Positions 35,483-47,110 of a stretch of 64,000 nucleotides of DNA are shown in pieces. Source of the stretch: Torpedo marmorata (Eukaryota); assembly GCA_977017645.1 (NCBI GenBank), contig OZ360224.1:207514001-207578000 (forward strand). Reading direction: 5' to 3'. The notes below the pieces were generated by a model that worked only from the letters and a program-made list of their open reading frames with translations, made no database searches and had not been told where the DNA came from. Position 1 is the stretch's first letter. Every line of letters begins with the position of its first letter. The translations under genes were made by a program, and so were the position numbers.

Positions 35483-37009
35483 TATAAATGCAGTTCACAT
35501 ATCCAGATGCTGTGATATAAATTGAACGCATGTTGATGCACACGTTCTTCAGGCAATAGCATAGTGAGTGTACTTAACAATAGCATTTATCGTCTTCAGG
35601 AAGATTCAATACAGCAGAAATGTCTCAGCAATGTCGCAACAGCTGTGAATGTGGTACATTCTGTTACATTTGTGAAGAGTATACGCTTAAGGCTCAAATA
35701 CACAACATGACTGCACTTACTAAGAACGCCTATGAGCTCTTCTTTGATTGTAAAATTGGTGACCAAGACAAACCCTGGGCCCCTCAGATTTGTTGTGCAA
35801 CATGTGCAGTCAACCTGGGAGCTAGGTTCAGAGGTACATTATGCAATTAAATATGCTAAATTCAATAAAAGTTCATTTAATGTTTCTCCAACTTCCTATG
35901 TTATACAGAAAATCTGAAATTATCTTTGTGTTCAACTTTGTGTTCAGCTATCATTATCCCCAATCTTTTTTTCAGGAAGCAAGCCATTTGAAAAAAAAAT
36001 GTTGTCCAGTGTTACAGAAGAATGTACCCAGACTGAATTAGTGTACTAAATCAGCAGCAGCAGGTTCAGGGTTAAAATGTTAAACCACACATCCCATGAA
36101 TGCGGGCATGTCCATGGAGTTAAGGTGGAAACAACAAAGTGGATGGGTCTCTGCCCTTGAGGCAGTCCAAAAGTTACTTCATGAAAATGGAAAAAAAAAA
36201 AGTGCAGACTCCTGAGATCTGTGGAGTGAGAAACAGTTAACAGAAGGGTGCTAGATCTGAAATGATATCAGTCTCTCTTTCCACATTTTTTTCCACATAC
36301 CGGTATTTGTTATCTCAACCCAAAGTCCTGTGCTTATCGGCTGGAAAACCTGCAGGGCACCTCTTTCAAAAAACTTTAAAATTAACCACCTGCTGTTATT
36401 TTTCTTCTCAAAAATTCAGGAATCATAAGTACAGTCGTAAACTTTAGGTTCATTTTATTAATTAAGCTACATTGTGTTTGCAAAAAGGAAAACAATAAAT
36501 AAAAATGCCATGTGCTCGCAGTGTACAAAATTAGTGCAATTTCTGAATCAAACTGCATTAACTCCCTGACTTATGTGTGAAATCAATTCCGTGCAACCTT
36601 GTGATTCCTGAGGATAAAGCTTTGATCAATGGATTTGAAATCTGTTTATACCAAGGACTCCTCAAAGTAAATTTAATCAGTTAAATTAGTGATGCAGAAT
36701 AAATAGTTCAGGAGCTGAAGAACTAAATTGACTTGTCACTGGACAATTGTAGCCTGGATTACTTGCCAAAAAAACCATCGTCCAGAAATATTAAAAAAAA
36801 TAATTTAGTCAACATGAACATCATCATCTTTTATATCACCACCTGCAAATTAACTCCTTATCTTACATATTGGATTGTGAAATGCTCATTTTTTTTCTCA
36901 AAACAAACGTGATCTGGTTTGGATTTTCGTTGGGTACATTATTTTAGCGTTCATTTCCAGGTGAAATTGCACCAATCACAAACTTTTGCATTTAAATTTA
37001 AATTTTATT

Positions 37010-37236
37010 TTATTTACAGCACGGTAAAAGCCGATTCCGGTCATTTAAACCTGTGCCGCCAAATTAACCTACAATCCCATACTTTTTGGATGGCGGGAGG
37101 AAACCGGACCACCTGGAGGAAACCCACGCAGACAAAGGGAGAATGTACAAACTCCTTACAGACAGCAATGGATTTGAATCTGGGTCGCTGGCACTGTAAT
37201 AGCGTCGTGCTAACCACTATGCTAACCGTGCCATCC
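37010..37236 (-). mobile_element. V-SINE (HE1-like)
   Basis: Reverse complement of the 51409 SINE. Confidence 0.8.
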
Positions 37237-37411
37237 AAATTTAAATGTGGCTAACTTTTTCTCAGAAGTAGGAGTGCACCAAGCTGAGTCATTTCCAGCT
37301 GTACCATCATCAACTAAGCTACAAATGCCGTCAAACTGTTGGATAGAAAGGGGATAGTTCACTACTTTTCCTGTTCTGAAAGGGACACTCTGTTGACATG
37401 GGGGACAATTG

Positions 37412-38184
37412 CACACTAACCCTGCCGCTCCCTACGCTAACCATGCCATTTTTTTACACTAACTGTGCCAACTCTAGGCTAACGTTCCACCCTCTATGCT
37501 ACCCATGTCATTCCCTACACCGACCGTGCCACCCCTACACTGACCGTGCTGCCCCCATGCTAACCGTGCTGCACTCTACACTAACCGCTAATCGTGCCAT
37601 TCTCTACACTAACTTTGCTGCCTCCTTCACTAACCGTGCAGCCCCCTACGCTGACCGTGCCATTCTCTTTGATAACCCTGCCACCCCAACACGAACCGTG
37701 CCACCCCAATTCGTTAGCTCTGCTGCCCTCACACTAATCATGCCGCATCCTACGCCAACTGTGCCATTCACTTTGCTAACCATGCTGCCCTCTACCCTAA
37801 TCATGCCTCCCTCTATGCTAATCGTGCCACCTTCTATGCTAACCGTGCCATCCTCTACACTAACCGTGCCACCCTCTACACTAACTGTGCCATCCTCCAC
37901 GCTAACCGTGCCATTCTCCACGCTAACTGTGCCATCCTCCACGCTAACTGTGCCATCCTCCACGCTAACCGTGCCATCCTCCACGCTAACCGTGCCATCC
38001 TCCACGCTAACCGTGCCATTCTATACACTAACCGTGCCACTCTCTACGCTAACCATGCCATTATATACACTAACTGTGCCACCCTCTACGCTAACCGTCC
38101 CATCTTCTATGCTAACCATGCCATTCTCCACGCTAACTGTGCCATCCTCTACACTAACCGTGCCATTCTCCACACTAATCGTGC
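37412..38184. repeat. 21-bp minisatellite (CTAACCGTGCCATCCTCCACG-like), left part
   Basis: 21-bp periodicity; continues at 50501 after the LTR element. Confidence 0.9.
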
Positions 38185-39458
38185 TGTTACGAACTAACAA
38201 ACCTTGCTAGTACTAACAAAGGAACAGCAATGGAAAATTCACCAGACAATGGTAAATTAAAAATAATAGTTTTTATTAAACTATTAATAACATAACATTT
38301 CTTACTTATCTCTAAACTTAACTCTAACTTAAACCCCACTATGCGCAAATGTAAATATGTATATGTGTGTGTTAAGAATCCAAACCATTACAGTTTGAGC
38401 TTGATTCTGAAAAGTCCATTTTAAACTTCAACATTGTGTTGCTTGAAGATTCTTTAAATCGCAGTTCAGAATTAATTATGAGGTGCTTTTACATCATGTC
38501 TTCAGATCTTTTAAACTCACGTCTTTTGATGAGTTGTCTTTCAGAGAGATATTCCTTCATATGAGTGATTTTACAAACTCCCTCTTATCTTGCCTAAGAG
38601 TTCCGGGGTCTGTTTTCCTCGATGATTTTTTTCTTCATCAAAAGTAACATACGAGGCTGCCCTCTTTTCTTAGAGGCAGTTGGAGTGGATATTTCTTTTA
38701 AAATACCACTTTTGGTGTTCCTCCTTTTATTAAGGAGGCAGCTTTCCTTCTATAAAGGAAATATTGCTGCTTTATCAATCCTGTGTCTCAACAGGATGGC
38801 TAGTTCTCTTCAACTGAGCCCTTTGTCTCTGATTTCGATAATAAATTTCTTGAAAATCTCTCATGTCACATGGTATGTGACATCATTTCTGTCTTTGAGT
38901 TCATAATGTCTTCTTCACACTTACGTGCTAAAAGCATCTCTGTCCACTTATGCCTTCTTGCGTTTGACCAATTATTTTCCTGAGTGTTTGAAGTTCCAAA
39001 TTCTCCAAAAGTTAATGAGAATATGCCTCCGTGATATCTGCCCACATGGGAGCAAAATGGCTGTGCATTTACACAGGTGCTTCTGAGCCAGCACCTATTG
39101 TTTTCAGTATCTCAAGAATCATCATAAAGCCTTTTGTCTCTTGGCTTCAACTGCAATCAGCAGACATTCTGTCTCTGCAAATGGCTCGCCATCTGCGATC
39201 TCAAAGAACCATGTGTGTTTAAAATGCAAATGTGTTGTCTTTGTGCCACTGAAACCAAAAATAATTACTAAGCCATATCTAGATGAAATATAGTTTTAAC
39301 ATTAAACTAAAGATTAATCATAGCACATTCGTCACACCTCCTTCCACAGAGAAAAATTTTGAACTTCTAAAAGGTCAAAAAAAATTTAAAACTTCTATCT
39401 ACAATTTTTCTTGTAAATATTACACTCTAAAATGATACAATGCAATACAGGCAAATAT

Positions 39459-42378
39459 CGAATTAAATTTCTTTAATTTCTTAGGTGTTAAATATAATTG
39501 ATGCAAAAAGTTATATTGCACTAACCTATATCTAACTTTAATAATCTTCGTCATACTTTGTTTACATATTTCTTTCCAATGTTCCTCATCTATTGTTACA
39601 TTCAGATCTGATTCCCATTTTAATCTTGATTTATGAATTCCTAATTTAGGCATTTTTCTCTGTAACAATCTATATATTTGAGAAATAAATTTATTTACAC
39701 CCCCATTAGTAACTAATAGTTCCAATTCACTTTGTCTTAGTAAAATAAACTATAACCCAACCTTTTGACTAAAAATGCTCTAATTCGATAATAAGCAAAA
39801 AGTGTATTATTTAATACATTAAACTTCTCTTTCATTCTTTCAAAACAATCATTTATTTTTTAAATTCCTTTTTGAAACCAAATTTTAAATAATTGATTGT
39901 CAATAGTAAATGGAATAAGTTTATTTTGATATAAAAGCATTTTTCGAGAAATTAACCCTTTCCCTCCTATCTCCCTATCCATTTTATTCCATATTTCTAA
40001 CAAATGTTTTAAAATAGGAGAATTATTACCTTTCCTTAATAATAATTTAGAATTCCATTTATAAATAACTTCTTCTTTCAAATCCTCTCCTATATTATTT
40101 AATTCTATTCTAATCCAAGCAGAAGATTTTTCTAAATCAAACATTTCATTAATAAATTTTAATTGAGCTGCTTTATAATAATTTTGAAAATTGGGAAGTT
40201 GTAAACTTCCTATTTCATAATCCCAAATTAATTTCTCCATGCCTACTCTGGCTAACTTTACCTTCTATAAAAATTTCCTAATAATTAAATTTAAATCTTT
40301 GAATAATTTTTGAGGAATTTCATAAGGAATTGATTGAAAAAGATATTGAATTCTTGGAAAAACATTCATTTTAATACAATTTACCCTTTCTATTAAAGTT
40401 ATAGGTAAATCATTCCAACTTTCTAAATGTTTTTTAATATTCATAAATAATGGTAAATAATTCAATTTATATAAATTAGCTAATTTTGTATGTTTTTATT
40501 CCCAAATATTTAATTCCATTATTTGACCATTTAAATTGTGTAATTTCTTTACATTTATTATAATCTCCTTGTGTCAATGCCATAATTTCACTTTTATCAG
40601 AATTAATCTTATAACCAGATATTTCCCCATATTTTGTCAGTAAAACAGTCAATTGTGTTAAATAAGTAATAGGTTTTGTCATGTAAATCAATACATCATC
40701 TGCAAATAAACTAATTTTATGCTCTTCTTTTCCAACTTTAATACCTACAATCTTAATATCTTGTCAATTTATTCAAGATGCGTTTATGCACTTGTCAGAA
40801 GCAAACGATAATATTTTAATTGGTGGGGATTTTAAAACATCAAAATCAATTATTAGAACCAAAACTGCTAAAAGAATTCTTACTTTGATGAAAGATTTGA
40901 ATTTAATAGATATTTGGAGGAAGTTAAATCCAAAAGAAAAAGATTATTCCTTTTATTCTTTTAAACATGATTCTTATTCTAGAATAGACATGTTTTTATT
41001 GTCATCACAATTAGAAGAGAGGGTGACTCAAGCGCAATATAAAGCAAGAATAATTTCTGATCATTCGCCTCTATTAATGTCATGCATAATTCCAGAAAAA
41101 AGAAAAAATTATATATAGATGAAGATTTAATTCCTCTTTATTGAAAAGAACAGATTTTGTAATTATATAAGAAGAGAAATTCAAGAATTCTTACAGATTA
41201 ATTCTAATTCGATTGATAATAAATTTATTATTTGGCAAGCTTTGAAGGCTTATTTAAGAGGTCAAATAATAAGTTATTCAGTAAAAGTTAAGAAGGAATA
41301 TATTCAGGAATTGGATAATTTGGAGAGGCAGATTGAGTTTTTGGAGAAGGATTTGCAAAAAAAGGGTTCAGAAGAAAAGAGAAAACATTTAATTGAAAAA
41401 AAATTATATTATAATACATTACAAACATATAAAATGGAAAAAATAATTGAAATAACTAAGCAAAGATATTATGAATTGGGAGAAATAGCTCATAAAGTGT
41501 TAGCATGGCAATTAAAGAAAGAACAAACTTCCAGAACTATAAGTGCTATAAAAAAGAATTCAAAGAAAATAACATATAAACCTCGAGAAATAAATGATTA
41601 AATTAAGGAATTTTATCTAAATTTATATAAATCTCAAACTGATAAAGATGATTCTAAAATTAATGAATTTTTATCTAAAATTAAGTTACCTAGATTAAAT
41701 ATTCAAAGTAAAAAACGTTTAGATACATCGTTTACGATGAGAGAAGTTAACGATGTTCTTAGTTCTTTAACAAGTGGAAAATCTCCAGGGGAGGATGGTT
41801 TCCCATCAGAATTTTATAAGGAATTTAAGGATTTATTGATACCTCCATATATGGAGGTGTTAAAACAAATAACGGAAACTCATTCTCTACCGGAAACATT
41901 TTCAAATGCAATAATAACAGTTATACCTAAAAAGGATAGAGATTTGTTGAAAACAGGATCATATAGACCAATTTCATTGTTAAATGTGGATTATAAGATA
42001 ATGGCAAAAATTTTAGCAAATAGAGTGGCTAAATATTTACCAGATTTAATCCATGTAGATCAAGCTGGTTTTATTAAGAATAGATATTCAAAAGATAATA
42101 TTGCCAGATTAATTAGTTTAATAAATGTGGCACAAAAGAAAGAGGAATTAGCACTAGTATTAACATTAGATGCCAAAAAGGCTTTTGATAGATTAGAGTG
42201 GAATTATTTATTTAAAGTGTTGGAAAAATTTGGTTTTGGAAATACATATATAAAGAACCCTCTTCCAGGGTGGTGACAAATGGACAAATTTCTTCAAAAT
42301 TTTTGTTGACTAGGTTAACTAGACAAGGATGCCCTTTGTCGCCAGCATTGTTTATTTTAGCGATAGAACCTTTAGCAG
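39459..42378 (-). mobile_element. L1-clade LINE ORF2 fragment with 5' inversion (40766-42378 reads on +, 39459-40765 on -)
   Basis: EN SRIDMF/SDHSP; RT YRPISLLN, LDAKKAFD, RQGCPLSP, LFADD. 15-bp TSD AATACAGG(C/G)AAATAT. Confidence 0.88.
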
Positions 42379-43600
42379 AATACAGGGAAATATAACACTT
42401 ATCTTTTCAATATCATTGCAAATTTAACATCTTGAAAGGCATTCAGGAATGATATTGTGTTTGCCTTTAATATGATTTATAACCAAGTCATATTCTTGCA
42501 AAATTAAACTCCAGTTCAATAATCGTCTATTTTTATTTTTAATTTTACTCAAAAACACCAACGGATTATGGTCAGTGTAAACAATAATTGGCCCCATAGC
42601 AGTGCAAACATATACTTCAAAATGTTGCAGAGCTAATACAAGGGACAATAATTCTTTCTGAATAGTAGAATAATTCTTTTGATGTTTATTGAATTTCTTA
42701 GATAAGTAAGCCCCTGGATGTTCAATACCATCCCACACTCATATTTTTGTAATAATACAGCACCCGTTGCATCCTCGCTGGCATCAACTGCTAAACCAAA
42801 TGGCTTCTCAAAATCAGGTGATTTAAGCACAAGTTTATGACATAACATGTCTTTCAGTTTGTCTAATGCTTCCTGACAAATGGCTGTCCAAATAAACTTC
42901 TCACTCTTTTTCAAAAGATTAGTCTGGGAAAGAGCAATGTCAACAAAGTTTTTACAGAACTTCCTATAATACCCTATCTTTCCTAAAATTCTCCTCACAG
43001 CTTTCTTACCCATGGGTACAGGAATTTCAGAAATTGTCTGAACTTTAACCTGAACAGCCTCTAATTTTCCTTGGCCAAAAGCATAACCAAGATAAGTCAC
43101 CTGAGCATGACAAAATTCACTTTTATCTAAATTAACAGTAAGATTGACTTTCAAAAGTTTATCAAACAACTTTTCTAATGCAGAGATGTGTTCTTCCCAT
43201 ATGTCATTCCCTGTAACCAAGTCATCAATATAAGCATCTGTATATTTTAAATTTTGAGTTACAGAATTCATCATCCTCTGAAATGTTGCTAGAGCATTCT
43301 TCATTCCAAATTGTAAAACACTGTACTCATATAAACTCGATGGGGTTACAAAAGCTGAAATTTCCCTTCCTCTTTTCATTAAGGGAATACACCAATAACC
43401 TTTTAAAAAATCTACTTTGTAAGAAATTTAGCTTTTCCAATCTTATCCACACAATCATCCACCCTAGGGATAGGATAAGCATCTGTCTTTGTCACTGCAT
43501 TAACTTTTCTATAATCAGTGCAAAATCTAACTTTCCCATCTGATTTAGGTACCAAGACACAAGGTGAACTCCAATCTGAAGTAGAACGTCTAATAATATC

Positions 43601-46600
43601 TGTAAGAGCCATAAGCTTAATTACTTAACTTGGTCGCGGCGCTCCGAAGGTCTTGGCGGGTTATGGAGGAGTTGGGGTGTTTGGTAGGCCATGCTAGGCC
43701 TATATAGTACTCTGCGCATGCGCGGGAGTGCGACAGGCGCATGCGCAGTTGGGAATTGACGGCAGTGTGCGCGGTGGAGTGTGTGCGGTGGAGTATGTAC
43801 TTCGTGATTTAAAATTTTAAATAAAATATTTAAAAAAAAAGAAAAAAAAATACCTTACAAGCTGTGAGATAGATGGAGAAATTTGGCTTGTGATTTACAA
43901 GAAAATTACAGTCGAAGAGCTACCTTAAAGGACTTGATAAATTTCCTTGAACGACAGGTGTACATTGAAACAGATACAATATATGGAAATACCAGAGACA
44001 ATTCAATGGGCAAAGATGTAAGGAGGTCTAACTCACAGCCTAGTCCGAAATTGAAAAGGAGTACTTTTACTACTAATGTGTCAGTTATAAATAAAGAAAA
44101 GGACAAAGTAAATAAGGAAAAGGAAAGTTTGCCTGATGAGAAGAGTTGTTTAGTAAAACATGAAAATCTGTAGACACCGTGGTTGAGTTCTCACCCTGTG
44201 AGAAGAGTTGTTTGTTCTGTAAAGGTGGACATGCTTTGGAAATGTGTTTACGGTTGGAAAAGAAGGAACATAAGGAGATCGCTTTCTTAAAGGAAAATGG
44301 AATATGTTTTAGCTGTCTGTGTAAAGGGCACATCAGTAAAAACTACAAGAAGCGAATTAACTGTAACATATGCAAGTTGAAACATCCTAGAATGTTGCAT
44401 ATCCATCAAAGAAACAAGGAATTGGAAAAGGAGCAAACAGAAACAAAGGAAACAACACAAAACAATGTTATAACCTCGGTTCAGACAAGTGGTCTTACCG
44501 GGGCTGGTGTGGATAACTGCAAACTTTCGATAGTGCCTGTACAAGTCAAGACCAAGAAAGGGGATGCAATAGTACAAACATATGCATTTCTCGACCCAGG
44601 CATCTTTTTGCACGGAAGGACTAATGAACAAACTTAATATTCAAGGAAGAAGGTAAAGAATTATGTTGAAAACCATGGGACAAGAAAAGGTCGTTGAAAC
44701 CAGCATTGTTTCAGGCTTAGAGGTTGCTGGATTGGATGACAAAAAATGTTGTGATCTTCCAAGTTTATACACGCAGAAGACTATGCCTGTGCATGAAGGA
44801 AACATTCCTCATCAAAATGATATCCATCATTTATCTTATCTGAGGAAGGTTTATTTACCTGAAGATAACTCTGAGATAGAAATGCTGATTGGTTCAGATG
44901 TGCCAATGGTTTTGGAACCACTGGAAGTAATACAGAGTAGAAGGAATGGACCTTACGCTGTTAGAACCAAGCTTGGTTGGACAATCAATGGAACAGTTAG
45001 CGATAAATATTAACAGGATTTCGGTTGTGACAGTTGATGCATTAAGGGAAGAGCAAAAGACTGTGAATAAGAAAATCACTTTTGAAGAAAAGAAAGCAGA
45101 TCAATGTGAAAATAAATCAAGGGTATTTAAAACAATATTGAAGGAATTATGTTCATCAGAAATGAATAAAAATGAAGTATTAGAAGATGTTGCAAATAAT
45201 ACTATTGATTATTCATGTGTAATTGAATCAGATACAGGAATAAAACAAGTGACTGAAAACAAATCTGAATGTAGATTTTGTAGTTTGGAGGTTACAGCAG
45301 ACAAAGTCAATGAAGATATATTGCAATGTGATGTAAAACATAAAATTGTGCTGATGGAATAAAGAAGAATGTGAATGATAATTTAATGCAATTGAATTCA
45401 GAGAACAAAATGTTGAAAGGGGAATTGGAAATATTAGATAATCATGAAAACAGTAAACAGAAAGATTTAATTGTAAGTAAAATTTGCAGTCAGAAAGTGG
45501 AAGAAAAGAATAACTGCTGAAGAAATAAATTGAGGAAAGATATTCAGCATTATCAAAATGTAAAAGGTTGGAGGAAGAGATTCATATTTTGAAAGAGAAC
45601 AAGTTATTGGTTAATAACACAAAACAGTTGACTATAAAAAACAATCAAGAATGTAAATTGAAGGTTCAGCTACTAACAATGCAGAAAGAAAGTGATATTG
45701 CATTGCAGAAATGTAACAAGCAAGATGAAGAAATTAAAAAATTTCAAGTTTACCACAGCAGGGTTGACAATAGAAATATCAATGTATCACATGATATTTT
45801 CACTTCAAATCAAGTTATTAATTTCTTGGAAAGAACTGAGACTGAATTGAAAGTTGCAAAATTGGATATGGTATTGCAGGAAAAGGCAATAGAAACCAAA
45901 GTGGTTAAAGAGACTCGTTTATTAAAATCGAGAGAATCAGATAAATATTCAAATTCTAGTTCTAAGGATTTAAATTCTTCACATGAGAAGTGGAATGCTG
46001 AAGAAAGGAATAAAGTGAAACGACATGCTGAAGAGTGCCTCGTGTTAAATTCAAAAGAAAAACTGTATCTATTTTGTCTAAGGAAGATTTGAGGTTTACT
46101 GGTCGACGTTTTAACAAAGATTCTGGAGATAAAAAGAACTTTGAGTAGACATTGTAATTATTATGGATGATTTAACTCCAAGGAACTCCTGGTTACTCGA
46201 AAAAATTATTGAGACTATTCAGGACAAAAGGGGATTTGTGCGTCAAGTTCGAATTAAAACTTAGACTGGCTTTCTAAATAGACCTATTAACAAGGTCTGC
46301 CTTCTGTTGGAGACGGAGGAACTTTGATAAATATAAACTGACTTTATTTGTTGTTGTATACTTCACAGGTTATAGACTTTTGTTGATTCAGAGTTATGGT
46401 AAACTCTGGTCTTATGAAGAAAGAAGAAAGAAGATTTGTATATTGTTTGAATGTTATATGGTTATTGTTATTTATAATTGATTGTGTAATTATTATTTAA
46501 GACATTGCATCTAATTATAATAATTAGGGGCCGGTGTAAGAGCCTTAAGCTTAATTACTTACCTTGGTCGCGGCGCTCCGATGGTCTCGGCAGGTTACGG

Positions 46601-47110
46601 AGGAGTTGCGGTGTTTGGTAGGCCTTGCTAGGCCTATTTAGTACTTTGTGCATGCGTGGGAGAGCCGACGGGCGCATGCGCAGTTGGGAATTGACGGCAG
46701 TGTGCGTGGTGGAGTGTGCGCGGTGGGGTATGCGCAGTGGAATATGCGCATTGAGCATGCGCGAATCGGGATAAAGAATAGGAAAAGATGGCGACGGAGG
46801 AGGGTGAGTGAGATCGCCATATCTTTTATTGACCATTTCATTGATGGTTTAAAGTCTTTAAAGTCATTTTATTGTACGTTTAAATACAGTCAAAGGAATC
46901 GTTTAAAGGAACATATTAAACATCGTTATCAAGAACTGTTTATATTTCGTTTAAAGAAGATATTAAAGTCATTGAAGATTGCTGCAAGTCACGTGTGTAA
47001 ATAAAGTTTTTTGAACATATTGGACTTGGTAGTAAATTAATTGAAACGCTTCAAGAACAAGTGTCTCACCTAGCCTCCAAGTGACTATTTGTTGGATTGA
47101 AGTCACTATA
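43601..47110 (+). mobile_element. Non-autonomous BEL/Pao LTR retrotransposon derivative inserted in the Gmr1 RT
   Basis: 5' LTR 43601-~43800 (truncated), 3' LTR 46535-47110, TSD ATATC. BEL Gag knuckles (CFSCL..GH..CNICKLKHPRMLH), protease AFLDPG and TKLGWTING, and an integrase C-terminal remnant at 46148-46327. Confidence 0.88.

Larger units (their letters stand above)
29430..36011 (+). mobile_element. Internally deleted TIR DNA transposon (~0.8 kb without inserts) hosting nested Penelope and Gypsy; superfamily uncertain (Tc4-like or PIF/Harbinger-like target)
   Basis: TIR CACTGGACAA...TTGTCCAGTG with TTA on both flanks. Cys-rich transposase-type N-terminus FCYICEEY...GDQDKPWAPQICC at 35620-35850. 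Confidence 0.75.

Noticed and set aside
37398-38210. 270-aa ORF with TLTVPSS repeats (mucin-like)
   Set aside because: Translation of the 21-bp minisatellite. It runs into an LTR and has no other gene evidence.
43562-43573. AGGTGAACTCCA in the Gmr1 RT (WSSP) matching the satellite unit
   Set aside because: Only 12 bp with no flanking similarity; compatible with chance in 64 kb.
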